A stretch of DNA of 64,000 nucleotides from Octopus sinensis (Eukaryota), in the NCBI RefSeq assembly GCF_006345805.1, contig NC_042998.1:95852001-95916000 (forward strand), in the 5' to 3' direction. The notes beneath the pieces were generated by a model. It had not been told where the DNA came from and searched no databases. It saw nothing but the letters and a program-made list of their open reading frames with translations. The position numbers and the translations under genes were made by a program. Of the stretch, positions 1 through 13,766 are shown one piece after another (position 1 is the first letter of the stretch; each line of letters starts with the position of its first letter).

Positions 1-180
1 CATACATTCGTCAAACATGCCGAAACTTCTAAATCACTGTTGCACCAATTGTAAAAGTGTAATAAACAACTCTAGAAAAAGATTTGAGTAATACTTCGGT
101 TCAATACTAGATTGTATTTATTGTAACTCAGTATTAAAACAATCGTTAATATATGCGAGCTTGTGTTTATGTGCGGGTGT

Positions 181-480
181 GTGGAGGCACATGGTCTAGT
201 GGTTAGAGCAGTGGACTCGCAGTCGAGGGATCGCGGCGTCGAATCTCAGACCGGGCGATGTGTATGTTCATGGGCGAAACACATAAGCTCCACGCAGCTC
301 CGCCAGAAGGTAATGGCGAAGTTCTGCTGACTCTTTTGCCACAACTTTCATATTTTCTCCTGCATCTAGCAGCGCACCTGCAATTGAGGGGTGTCCCATC
401 AGGTGGGGAACCTATACGCCAATGAAACCGGGAAATTGGCCCTTATGAGCCAGTTATGGTTCAAAAAGTAACAAACAACA
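181..480 (+). mobile_element. tRNA-derived SINE (family B)
   Basis: A-box-like TGGTCTAGTGG, B-box-like GTCGAATC and an (AAC/AAAC) tail. Related copies lie on the minus strand at 14141-14458, 19920-20227, 57120-57272 and 62520-62795. Confidence 0.85.
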
Positions 481-481
481 A

Positions 482-554
<73 letters not shown>
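482..554. repeat. (ATCT)n microsatellite
   Basis: Perfect tetranucleotide run. It is one of dozens of (TA)n, (TG)n, (TACA)n, (AGAT)n and (TAA)n tracts in the window that generate most spurious ORFs. Confidence 0.95.
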
Positions 555-555
<1 letters not shown>

Positions 556-843
556 GGAAAAATAGAAGTTGAAAATGCACTGAGAATAGTTAAAATATTT
601 TTTATTATTATATTTAAAGATTTAACCGGTTTCACACTTTACACTGATTTTCAAATGTTTGAAGTAAAAAGAGGTGGCTTATGTCGCAGCTGTTTTCTTA
701 TGACTAGTGTTTGAAGCTTGCCCTGTTTTTATATGGAGTTCAGGGCTCAAATTATTTGAATAGGGTTTGATTGGTAGAGGATAGTCACAAAGGCTGACAC
801 GGTTGACTGAAAACATCTAGTGGTAGTACTAAAATATTAGTTT

Positions 844-899
<56 letters not shown>

Positions 900-911
900 A
901 TAATATATATA

Positions 912-1677
912 TTATATATAATTAGGGCTTAGTAAAATAAATTACTTTGCCACATACTGAATTTGCTAGAAATAGCAGCCAAAAAAGTTTTTTTGCCATT
1001 TCCACTACTTAAAGAAAATTTCTCTCAGATAATGTTTACTCAAAATAACTCACGAAGGTATGGAGGTAAAAACAGAAAAATATCACAAGTACAAAGATTA
1101 TTTGAGAACGTTAACGTTTCTAGATTAGCCAAATAAACTCAGCATTTCTTTCGTCAGCTCAACATTTCTTATTTTGGATTTGGAAGCACTAAAAAGAAAG
1201 AACATACCCTTTGGCGACTTATCACCTCAGATGACCCGTTCAGACTGCCAGTACCAACAAATTCAAAATGTGCAAGCGAAGATTCCCTGCTCTCCCCTTC
1301 CACCCACGTGGGTTATCTAGCAAACATTATATTTTAACGGTGAGAACCGAGGCAATATGACAGAGAGAAATGAATTATAATATCAACAATTGAGGGTAAA
1401 ATTAATTAGTTATTAATCAATTTCACAAAGTATTCAGTATGTAAAAGGACCATTTAAGGCGAATTCAAAATATTACATTATATAATTAGGGCTTAGTAAA
1501 ATAAATTACTTTGCCACATACTGAATTTGCTAGAAATAGCAGCCAAAAAAGTTTTTTTGCCATTTCCACTACTTAAAGAAAATTTCTCTCAGATAATGTT
1601 TACTCAAAATAACTCACGAAGGTATGGAGGTAAAAACAGAAAAATATCACAAGTACAAAGATTATTTGAGAACGTTA

Positions 1678-1679
<2 letters not shown>
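912..1679 (-). mobile_element. Non-autonomous hammerhead-bearing element, about 1.35 tandem units of 564 bp (retrozyme/Penelope pLTR-like)
   Basis: About 915-1115 is repeated at about 1478-1679 (position 1106 matches 1670). It starts in (TA)n, contains the hammerhead at 1102-1162, and is homologous to 49302-49905. Confidence 0.7.
1102..1162 (-). ncRNA. Minimal type-I hammerhead ribozyme
   Basis: Minus strand reads ttgag CTGACGA aagaaatgctgagtttatttggctaatcta GAA acgttaacgt T ctcaa. This gives a 5-bp stem I, full core, palindromic stem III and a GUU cleavage triplet. The first stem II pair is an A-A mismatch. Confidence 0.75.
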
Positions 1680-2815
<1,136 letters not shown>

Positions 2816-2831
2816 GTTTTCATGTTTGGAT

Positions 2832-2920
2832 TAACTATAGTCTAACAATGCGACATTAAGCCCTCGACAGAAAAAGCACGTTTTCGAGTGCTTATATGTC
2901 GCATTGTTAGACTTTAGTCA
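2832..2920. repeat. Short inverted repeat / hairpin
   Basis: taactatagtctaacaatgcgacattaagccctcga pairs with tcgagtgcttatatgtcgcattgttagactttagtca. Confidence 0.85.
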
Positions 2921-3058
2921 TTTCGTGATGATCGCTATAATCTTTTAGCTTATAAAATACTATCATTATTATTATAATTATTATTTACAGAATTGTAAAA
3001 ATCGGCATTTCTTAACAGAACCATTCGCATTTATATATATATATATAATATATATATA

Positions 3059-3125
<67 letters not shown>

Positions 3126-3781
3126 CTAGCAGCTAAGCCCGGTTTCACCCGGTCTGTTTGGATGATGTGGCTGTGATCGTTTTCGATTAGGCATAATCTA
3201 TAACAGAGTTTCTCAACCTTATCATTTCGTTATTCGTATAAAATTTTTACAATTGTTGATTTATGGAAAAAATTTTGTTAAATTTTTGAAATGCAAATAT
3301 GTGAATGAAAATTAAGTTCAGACCTCTACATGGCAGCTAGGCCTGGAAGAAATAGCAGCCAAATCTCCCTCAAAACACCCTGTCTTAATCCGACAATTCT
3401 GCCTGTTATGTAGTTTGAATGAGAAACTGTATCTAAAGATGAAGATTATTAACCCCAGAAAGAGGTGAAAGAAGAGAGACAGCATAGCGAAAGTTTTGGC
3501 TGACTGTCATCCTGTACTCCCCTTGTTGCTAGCGAAATGGTATATACCGGCTGTGTGAGCAACTGGTTGTTTTAATGGCAGAACAAACAGGGGAATTCCA
3601 TTAGAAAAGTCTTAATCGATTTTCTCGGTAACTATGGGGATTAGGAAATAAATACAAACTGCATTTCAATCTATGCACCCGTCTCCACATGTGTGCCATT
3701 TTTCATAGGAATCCACCCAGCCGTTTGGCTGTGAACCTCAAGACAATAAAGAATACAACGATCGCCCATGTCCAATTTATG

Positions 3782-3790
<9 letters not shown>
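3126..3790 (-). mobile_element. Non-autonomous Helitron
   Basis: The minus-strand 3' end has a ccgg-gtgaaa-ccgg hairpin about 9 nt before CTAG, followed by T. Both ends lie in (TA)n. Confidence 0.65.
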
Positions 3791-3816
<26 letters not shown>

Positions 3817-4009
3817 CATACATACATACATACATACATACATACATACATACATACATACATACATACATACACACATGTATAGGTGTATATATATTTT
3901 ATAAATGCAAACACACAAATGCATACATATACAATTTTATTATTTTAATATTCAACAAGTTACGTTGTCTTGTACCCCATGAATATATTTATTGATACAA
4001 TAATTTGAT

Positions 4010-4672
4010 AATTTGAAGATATTATATGCAAACTGTTAATAGTTTGGATGACGTCATCATCATAACAGCCACTCAGCATACATTTGTACTGGAAAAACTG
4101 ATGAATAATCTTAAGCCCCGGTTCATCGTGGAAAACTATTTGCACAATGCTAACTTTGACTGCATTTATTTTTTACTTAGGCAATGTTTTCAACAAAGGC
4201 GACAGATAAACTTGATGTTAATGCCTGAGAAATCTTGACATTTCCGGTGTTTGATTTCTGAAATGCAAGCACCAAATGGTTGCAGCTAATTGCATGTTGT
4301 CAATGAGCTCCCCAAAGCATTATTTGCCGAACTGTCTAGCTCATTATTATGCTATCTGAGGGTGTTCAGATTGAGAAGTCTCCATTTACGCGGAAGACGC
4401 TAATTTGCCTTTAGAACAGAGGCAACGCTCGCTTTTGTACCAGTCGGGACAAGGCATTAACATCAAGTTTGTCTGGCGTCGTTGTTGTTAATATTGTTAA
4501 AGTAAAATATAAATACAGTCAACGTTTGCATAGAAAAAATAGTCTTCCACAGTGAACCGGTACTGAAAATGTATTCATCAATTTTCCCAGTACAAAATGT
4601 ATGTTGAATGGCTGTTATGATGATGTCATCTTCCAAACTTTTAACAATTTGCCACAAGGTATCTTCAAAGTT
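4010..4672. mobile_element. Old foldback/MITE with about 220-bp diverged inverted arms
   Basis: 4010-4230 aligns with the reverse complement of 4452-4672 (e.g. catcatcataacagcca; aaacttgatgttaatgcct). ORFs 4026+ and 4463- mirror each other. Confidence 0.7.
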
Positions 4673-4814
4673 GCAGTAAACAAACAGGAAACATGTAAAG
4701 ATCGATTACAAATTACAGCAATACAAACTGTTCACTAGCAATTCTCATCTTTCAGTGTTTTGTCCGAAACAAAGAACCTTATCTTCAAGATTCATGCTTT
4801 TATCCTGTCGTTTA

Positions 4815-5224
4815 TTTGTTTATTGCCCACAGGATGCTAAACATAGAAGAGACAAACAAGGACAGACAAAAGAATTAAGTCGATTACATCGACTCCAGTG
4901 CGTAACTGGTACTTATTTAATCGACCCCGAAAGGATGAAAGGCTAAGTCGACATCGGCGGAATTTGAACTCAGAACGTAGCGGCAGACGAAATACCTATT
5001 TCTTTACTACCCACAAGGGGCTAAACATAGAGGGGACAAACAAGGACAGACATAGGTATTAAGTCGATTACATCGACCCTAGTGCGTAACTGGTACTTAA
5101 TTTATCGATCCCGAAAGGATGAAAGGCAAAGTCGACCTCAGGGAATTTGAGCTCACAACGTAACGGCAGACGAAATACGGCTATGCATTTCGCCCGGCGT
5201 GCTAACGTTCTGCCAGCTCGCCGC
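4815..5224 (-). mobile_element. SINE (family C) with internally duplicated 3' part
   Basis: Head ggcgagctggcagaa and core gcctttcatcctttcggggtcgataaa. Other copies are at 9036-9415, 21853-22038, 44713-45092, 45255-45465 and 48117-48300. Confidence 0.85.
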
Positions 5225-5275
5225 TAGCAGTTGTGCCTAAATTGTCTAATGTCCGCTGTTGAAACCCGCAGATAC

Positions 5276-7413
5276 CATTGGCTTACAGAGAAATTGAAGC
5301 AAACACAATAGTTGTTCTAACCTAATTTTGGGGTGCTGCTTTCATATACTAAACCTGTTTTCACTTATCTAGTTTTTGAGATATACATTATTTTGATTTT
5401 GCAACAATTCATGCAACCATATATATGATCAATTTTTATTTTGTTTTCTAGATTTTTGTGATACATATAATACATATCTCTACCATGACTTCAGACACTT
5501 CAAAACAGCGAGGATGCATCAACAAGGCAAATTCATTCTGCTACGACAATTGCACATCACAGAATAACTACTTCCCTCCTGACAACTGCTTATTTTCATT
5601 ATTTTGACTGTAAAAGTTGAAGATTAGGACAAATCCTGGGCCCCACACATCTGTTGTAAGCCCTGCTGCAACGGACTAACTGCATGGTTTAACGGCAAGC
5701 ACCCTTCAACTTTGCTGTCCTGATGGTCTGGAGAGAATCACGAAGCTATGCAGATAAATGTTAAAACATGTTTCAGTGCTTCTTCTAGAAAAAAGATCAA
5801 ATATTCTACCTGTTCCCCACTCATATGATCTCCCTGTCCTTACCCTCACAGCAAATAAAGATCTTCTTTCATTAGATGATGAAATGCCTTCAAGGGAAGA
5901 CTTTGTCAAGTTGATCTCTTCTGAAGACAATGTCTCTTTATTCAGGAGCAAATGACAATGAGCCCCACTGGATCACGCAGTAAAACTTGAATGACCTTGC
6001 CCGTGATTTGTATCTATCTAAGCAGCAGTCAGAGCTTCTGGCATTCCAGCTTAAGCAGTGGAACCTGGTCAAGGGAGATGTAAGGATTACCAGTTTCAGG
6101 ACATGGAACTAAGACTTTGCTTCATTCTTCGGCAGGGAAAACAGGTTTTGCTTTTGCACAAATGTGTCTGATTTGTTCATCTTCCTTGGTTTCTCACACA
6201 ACCCCACAGACTGGCGTCTTTCCAGAGACTCTTCCAAGCGAAGTCTGCACAATGAGAATAAATACCCCAGCATTCCCATAGCCAATTCAGTCCATCTGAA
6301 GGTGTCGCATGACAATATGGAGTTCCTTTTGAAAGCTGCCAAGTACAACCAGTACCAGTGGAGTCTATGTGGGAACCTCAAGGTCATTGGGCTCCTTATT
6401 GGTATACAAGCGGGCTTCACAAAGTACTGTTGCTTTCTCTGTCTCTGGGACAGTCGGGCTGAGTCCAATCACTACAAACAAAAGGACTAGAGATCTAGGA
6501 GCACTTTCGTACCTGGTGAACACAGTGTCCAAGAAAATCCTCTGGTGGACATGAACAAGGTGTTTCTTCTTCCTCCTCATATCAAGCTTAATTTAATGAA
6601 GAATTTTGTAAAAGCCATGAACAAAAATGTCGCTGCCTTCCAACACTTATGTACTCTGTTCCCAGCTCTGAGTTCTGCTAAGCTCAAGGAGGGCATCTTT
6701 GTCGGACCTCAGATCTGAGAGGTGCTGAAGAATAAGGACTTTGAGGAGCTTCTTACCTTAAAGGAACTGAGAGCATGGGAAGCATTTAAGTCAGTCTGCC
6801 ATGGCTTCCTTGGTAACACACGGGTACTAGATTACCAAGAATGTATTGAGAAGTTGTTACAGTCTTATGAGGATATAGGATGCCGAATGTCACTCAAAAT
6901 GTCACTTTCTCAACTCCCATCGCAACTTCATTCCCCCGAAGCTCAGAGCAGAGAGTGATGAACATGGAGAAATGTTCCACCAAGATATTACTAAGATGGA
7001 GAGCAACTACCAAGGTAAGTGGAACCCCAGTATGATGGGGGACTTTTGTTGGATGCTCTTGCGTGACTTTCTAGAGGAAAAGTACACAAGATCGTCCAAA
7101 AGAACTCACTTCTAACTCTCTGCTATACTATGATTTGTGTGTATTGTATTATCCAAGTAATTTAGTTCCCTCAATGTTCTGTATCTATGCTGTTTATTTT
7201 CTGCAATATGCCTTTGTAACAGATAAAATAAGCACATTATATTTCGAATTTGTATGCAGTATAATTAAAATGGGATATGTGAAAACAAAGAACAAGAGGT
7301 GATAAAGCAGAATGTTCATAAAATTGAATTCACCACATCAGAATTAGTAAAAAAAAAAACCCACCTATTTACACCCTTGTCTCAGAGCAAAAACAAATTT
7401 TTGTAAACCAGTG
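5276..7413 (+). mobile_element. Chapaev3-type (CMC) DNA transposon, near full length, decayed
   Basis: Termini cattggcttaca...tgtaaaccagtg with subterminal inverted similarity, enclosing a disrupted transposase. Confidence 0.75.
5485..7115 (+). pseudogene. Chapaev3-like transposase pseudogene
   Basis: Motifs CINKANSFCY, SWAPHICC, DSSKRSL, CGNLKVIGLL..Q.GFTKYCCFLCLWDSRA, LPPHIKL, KLKEGIFVGPQI, SDEHGEMFHQDI and MMGDFCW, broken by stops and frameshifts. Confidence 0.8.
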
Positions 7414-8027
7414 TAAGTGTTGATCTTCCATAGTTTAAGAAAAAGATTGTGTTCACAACTCACACTGCATATAACTGCTTGAAAAGTCCAAAGAAGGCAA
7501 TTTCTTCTTTGATTACAAACTCTCTTATAGAAACTTGTTTTGAATATCAGGAATGTAAATGTTGTGCCTTTTTGGCCCTTGTGCCTTTTTGATCCTCCTC
7601 TATAGTCCAATTCCTGATGGCATGGTCGTCGGTCAAAAAACATGCTTATTATTTCTTGTACATTGCATTGCCTTTGTCCCTTCATCCATGACCAAAATAG
7701 GTGGTCTCTACTTTCACACTTTCATTAACATAACATGGATAACACAGGTATTCCCATCCTATATTTTTTTTTGTTAGTGATATCGCTATACAGAAACAAT
7801 TTAATTTCTAAGCCTATCTTAGTGAATGCCTGCTCATGTGCTGTTTTTGATTTGTCCAGAGAATGTCAACAGCATGGCCACAGTCTGTGGCTGAAACCAA
7901 TAATAGAATACAAGTGCAAAAACAGTAACTGATGCAACCCAACCCATCCAACTATACTCTGAACAATAAATATACCTCTTCCTTCTCTTTCCTATTGAAG
8001 TTTTACTTCAACTTCAATCTCTCCTTA

Positions 8028-8901
8028 CGAGGGGGTACCCAAAAGTAACTGGAAACGTTGTAGTCTGGGCTTCTGCCGTTAGAAGTCACTTGATGTGACC
8101 CTAAGGCATCAGTTTGCTGACCAGCGTTGTCGACTGTTGTACTGCAACGTGGTGCGTTTTTGTTTTGCAGTGCTTCTCCTTTGTTTGTCGATTTTTACGA
8201 AGGAACAACGTGCTTTCGTGAAATTCTGTTTTCTACTGGGGAAAACAGTAGCCGAAACAGTTGTCATGCTTCAAATAGCTCAAGGATGCAGCCATGAGTA
8301 AAACACAAGCTTACGAGTGGTTTCCACGCTTTAGGAATGATTACTTGTCGCTTGAAGACCAATCTCGTTCAGGACAGCAATCGACCTCCAGAACGAATGA
8401 AAACATCGCGAAAATTCATAAACTGATCTTGGAGGACAGTCACTGAACAATCGACGAACTTGCTGATATGACTGGTGTGTCCTGGAGCTCCTGCTAACGA
8501 ATTTTGAGCGAATTTTTGCTGCGAATGAAAAGAGTTGCAGCAAAATTTGTGCCTCACTTGCATATGGAAGATCAAAAGCAGTCACAACTAAATGCATTTC
8601 ATGAACTGAAAGAACAGTTGGAAGTTGATTCGGACCTTATTTCGAAGGTCATCACTGGTGACGAAAGCTGGTGCAACGGAATTTGCAGATATGGAAGAGG
8701 TGAAGAAAAAAAACGACAGAGGTGTTAAAAGGCACCACTTCGCAAGATTTCCAGCACTGCTTTGAACATTAGCAAACGCGTCTGGACCGATGCATTGCTT
8801 CAAATGGAGAATACTTTGAAGGTGATAAAAGTGTAAACATGGAAAACTAAGTGAATAAAATAACATTGAAAAATTCCGGTTTATTTTGGGCACCCCCATC
8901 G
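8028..8901 (+). mobile_element. Mariner element with internal deletion
   Basis: TIRs cgagggggtacccaaaa / ttttgggcacccccatcg after TA. The HTH region EQRAFVKFCFLLGK, KFVPHL and ITGDESW is joined directly to the C-terminal RCIASNGEYFEG. Confidence 0.85.
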
Positions 8902-9035
8902 TTTTCTTTTCCTCCTCCACTACTCTCCCATCCGCATATGAACCAAAACTTTAATACTACCAAATTTTTAAAAGCCGAAACATCAGAATTTCCTTCTACA
9001 ACGGTATATCAACATTCATTATTATTAAGATGGAA

Positions 9036-9415
9036 GGCGGCGAGCTTGCAGAAACGTTAGCACATCGAGCGAAATGCTTAGCGGTATTTCGTCTGCCGCT
9101 ACGTTCTGAGTTCAAATTCCGCCGAGGTCGACTTTGCCTTTCATCCTTTCGGGGTCGATTAAATAAGTACCAGTTACGCACTGGGGTCGATATAATCGAC
9201 GTAATCCGTTTGCCCGTGTTTGTCCTCTCTGTGTGCAGTAAAGAAATAGGTATTTTGTCTGTCTTTATTTTCTGAATTCAAATTCCGCCGAGGTCGACTT
9301 TGCCTTTCATCCTTTCGGGGGTCGATAAATTAAGTAGCAGTTGCGTACTAGGGTCGATCTAATCGACTGGTGCTTTTCCCCATAATTTCGGGTCTTGTGC
9401 CTAGAATAGAAAATA
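9036..9415 (+). mobile_element. SINE family C (tandem)
   Basis: Same head and core as 4815-5224. Confidence 0.85.
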
Positions 9416-9638
9416 TTGTTAAGATTGATAAGCAGAATCGTTAGTGCGTCGGAAAGTAATGCCTAATGGTTCTTTATGTCCTGGTTTCAAATCGCGCTGA
9501 GGTTCAATTTACTTTTCATTCTTTTGGAGTCGATAAAATAAAGTACCAATTAAATACCGGAATCAATATTATCGATATTCCTCCCTGTTGGCATTTTGCC
9601 CAAATTTGAAATCATCCTCATCAACAATAATAATGATG

Positions 9639-9742
<104 letters not shown>

Positions 9743-10229
9743 TTCTTACTAATAATAGTACTACTTCGATAACGCGTGTTTCTTTTTACCATTTAGCCAG
9801 GGTGAATGAAAGGGTATCGTCCATAGCCTTTTATTTTTAAGTTCAAATGAGACTGAAAATAGGAAGGAAGGAAGTTGTTCTCAAATCAGAGATCTTGCTT
9901 GAATGCGTTCAATGGACTGCGGCCATGCTGGGTCACCTCCTCGAAGAAATTTAGTCGAACGAATGTAAGCCCCACAAAATTTATCTAGGACAAAGTGGTG
10001 GTTTTAAACCAGACAACGGATCAAGTCCATCACCTATGAAGACAGAAATTATTAGCAGAACACAACAAACACTCCAGGAGAAGCAAGTGTAATAACACAT
10101 ACTAAAATATTTGTTAAGCAGCCATGTGCTTTTGGGTTCAGTCTCACTACGCAGCACATTGGGTTAGTGTCTTCTCTTATACCCCGAGCCGAGTGAAGTT
10201 ACTCGACGGAAAGTGAAAGGAGCCCGCTC

Positions 10230-10283
<54 letters not shown>

Positions 10284-10469
10284 GTGTGTGTGTGTGTGTG
10301 GTGTGTGTGTGTGTGTGTTTTTATGTATGTATGTATGTATGTATGTATGTATGTATGTATGTATATCGTCGACTGTCGGTCGTAGGTCGACGCGAACTGT
10401 TCTGTTCAGACCACTTCTATGAACAAAACGCCTTCGACAGAGCGTAAGGCAGTTGACGTCATGCCCTCA

Positions 10470-10790
10470 TCAGACTGCCTTTCTGGGCCTCCACAACAGG
10501 TACCAAGTGATGTACTAGATGCAACGAGCATGGTCGATGACGAGGCTGCCCCGTAGTAGCAGCTCATTTGCTAGTTGACACCCAACCGTTATCTGATGGT
10601 TCATACATTGCGCTTGACCGCAATAACCTTCAAGCCGTTGATCTAGGACTCCTCCACTTGGTCCGTTATCCAGCATCCTACTGCCGACCTGTTCATAGTA
10701 TCCATGGTACGGAATGCTAAGGGGTTGATAGTACTTGCCCAATGTATCATGCCAATCTACCGACGGAAGGAGCGACTTGCTCTTCCTATA
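10470..10790 (-). mobile_element. Decayed RTE-type LINE 3' fragment
   Basis: Minus-strand remnants resemble the RTE C-terminus (HDTLGK..., GRQ...WLDN-like). Confidence 0.4.
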
Positions 10791-11536
10791 TGTGTGTGTG
10801 TATGTGTTATTGTGTTTGCGTTAGTCTCCTAACCGTTTGACAACCGGTGTTTGTTCTCGTTCCCGTAACATTAGCGGTTCGGCAAAAGATATCGACAGAA
10901 TAAGAACCAGGCTTTAAAAAATAAGTACTGTGGCCGATTTTTTCGACTCAACTCTTAAAAGTGGTGCCCCAGCATGGTCGTAGCCTAATGACTGAAATAA
11001 ATAGAAGACAAAAATACGAAAGAGCAGAAGATAATACTGGCAAATATAAAGAAAGGCCACATGAAACAGAACAATAAGTCCTTTAGATTTTTCACTATAC
11101 AGTCGGCTGTCAGTTTATTTGGTATTTGCCACCCATGATATACGTGCATTCATAGTGTCTAAAATCTCTCTCACTTGTTTCGCTAATCCGATGTACCTGA
11201 AGCTGAACACTCTCTTTAAATGTTGCTATAAAGATTTTCACAATGTTCATTGTTTCTTTTGCGAATCGCTTAATTCTCAAGGCTGAATTTTAATCAGACG
11301 CAGATCAGACTTAATACCAATTGAAAGAAAACTATTTGAGGAAGTTAGTTTGGTTTTTTTTTTCTAATTTATTGGCTTTGCTGTGTGGTAAAAAGTTTTC
11401 TCTCGATTCACACAATTCCCAGTTCAGTCCCACAGCGCAGCATCTTGAGCAAGTGTCTACTACAATAGCTTCGAGCCGACCAAAGCCATGTGAGTGGATT
11501 TAGTTGACGGAAACTGAAAAAAGCCCGTCGTATTTA

Positions 11537-11594
<58 letters not shown>

Positions 11595-12092
11595 CTTTCT
11601 AAATGTGTGTGTGTATGTGTGTGTGTGTGTGTGTGCGTGTGTGACACATTACTGCTTGATAGCCAGAGTTGGTATGCTTTTATCCTCGTAAGTTAGTTGA
11701 TTCATTCGACTAAATCTATTCAAGTCGGTGCCCCCATTATGACCGCAGTTTAATGACTGAAACAAGTAAAAGAATAAAATAATCTATGCAGTGATAGAAC
11801 TAGTCTGTGAGCCAATCGGGACAACCCACAAGTTTGCCGCTCCGCTGCCCCACCCTCCGAACCAATGCCGTCTATATAAGATACAAGAGAGCCAAAAATG
11901 TTACATTTGCTTCAGTTGTAAAAAAAAAAATCGTCTCCTGATGCAGACCGCCTCCTTCGCTAAGGACACGATATAGCATTAATTACACGCCCATGTAGAA
12001 ACATGAGAAGGAAGAAAATCTGTACCTTATGAAATTAATCTATAATCGGGTTAAAAATTAGACCTAAATTGCAAAACCTATCTAAATTTCAA

Positions 12093-12455
12093 GCCAGGCG
12101 TGGTTGCATGGCAAGAAATTTGCTTCCCAGCCACATGGTTCCCAGTTCAGCTCCACTGCGTGGCATCCTGAGCAAGTGTCTTCTTTTATAGCTTCGGGCC
12201 AACCGAAGCCATGAGAGTGGAGTTAGAATGTGTATGTGCGTGTGTGCGTGTGTGTTTGTTTGTGTTTGTCCCCGCCATCGCTTGACAACCGGTGTTAGTG
12301 TGTTTACATCTCTATAACATAGGAGTTCGGTAAAAACCAACAGAATAGGTATCAAGCTTTAAAAAAATAAGTACTGGGGTTGATTTTTTTCGACTAAAAT
12401 TCTTCGAGGTGATGCCCTAGAATGGCTGCAGTCAAATTACTGACACAAGTAAAAA
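12093..12455 (+). mobile_element. SINE family A
   Basis: tRNA-like head, gcaagtgtcttct core and tail cagcatggccgcagtcaaatgactgaaacaag shared with about 10120-11005, 11350-11775, 13767-14505 and 49070-49225. Confidence 0.8.
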
Positions 12456-13462
12456 AAAAAAAAAATTAAAGAAAATAACTTCGTTAATTAGTGAATATTA
12501 TAGGAAAGTAGGTTACATGCTGTCAAGATACAAATTTCTAGCTACGTCTGAATATAAATATGTCAATATTTGCATTTCCACGATGTATCAATTATCTGGG
12601 CAGCAATTAAAATTATGTGTGGGCAATTATGCAATAAACTGGAAAGAAACTTGATGTGGTTATGGAAAATGGGAACGATAGTATATTTTGTTTCTAAACT
12701 CAAGGAATATAAGTTTGAAAGCAGAGGCAACGGAGAGGAGTTCCTGCTAGATCTTGCCACCAAAATCTCCATTCGGTTTGAATGCATAAGCGATTGATAT
12801 ACAAGTGGGGATAAAGTGTTAGTAGAAGGTATCCAGGAGTCCCGACCTAGATGCGGCCCGGCCTGGCCTCCTTTGAGTGTAAGGAGCTAAGGGCTGAGAC
12901 ACTTGCCTGAGTGAGGTTACTACTCTAAAATCCTTCGGCTGTTCAGCTTCTCCGGGAGTTTCTTACAACTTCAATCTACTTTTAAATAGTTAGATAGGCA
13001 TTAACCAATTGCAATAACCTTAATATAGAAAATAGAAAAACTGGGATTTGTACAGTGATTGGCGAATACAAAATTTGGTTTAATTCTTCAGTGTTTATCC
13101 TCTAGGAAAATGAAATAAAAAGAAAATAAATAATAACTCTGTACATGTATACATTTATACATTCAAGCAGTGTAATTTCTACAAATGCAGAGATGTCTGA
13201 TAATTGTTTAATAACTATAGTTCGCTGCCCGAACATTCTGGTATTTCAACTTAACAATTTGATAGAGATTTATACTGACTACGTTTGGCCTCAAATCTTT
13301 TTCTTCAACCAATTCGAGACTGCTAAATGCAGTTGGGGTGGGAAATGTACTTTTAGGTTTGTTCCTCAACCAACTTCTTCACTACAGAAATTCTCACATG
13401 GTTCTCAGTCAGTGACACTTCAGTTGTATAAAAGCAAATAGATAAATAAATAAACATATAGC

Positions 13463-13565
<103 letters not shown>

Positions 13566-13653
13566 ATCAACAAATTCTGCCGGCATTACTGGAAAATCTT
13601 CTACCGTCACTGAGAAGTGTTCATCCACTACCAAAACATTAACGCTTCATTAA

Positions 13654-13760
13654 GTATTCGCTACGGCAGTACATATTCTAAAATTGGAACGATACAGAGA
13701 AGATTGGCATGGCTCCTGCGCAAGGATGACACGCAAATTCGTGAAGCGTTCCATATTTTT
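13654..13760 (+). pseudogene. RNU6: U6 snRNA full-length copy, probably a retropseudogene
   Basis: 107 nt, GTATTCGCTACGGCAGTAC...ACAGAGAAGATTGGCATGGCTCCTGCGCAAGGATGACACGCAAATTCGTGAAGCGTTCCATATTTTT. The AGC triad reads GGC (13706), an ISL C is T (13714), and no TATA box is present near -30. Confidence 0.92.
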
Positions 13761-13766
13761 ATAATA

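Noticed and set aside
181-255. tRNA gene
   Set aside because: It is the tRNA-derived head of a multi-copy SINE and continues into the SINE body.
12825-12900. Possible HDV-like ribozyme (ctcctt/aaggag hairpin followed by CTAA gggct)
   Set aside because: P4 and J4/2 look plausible, but no P1 5' strand or proper L3 can be assigned. Two simple hairpins explain it.
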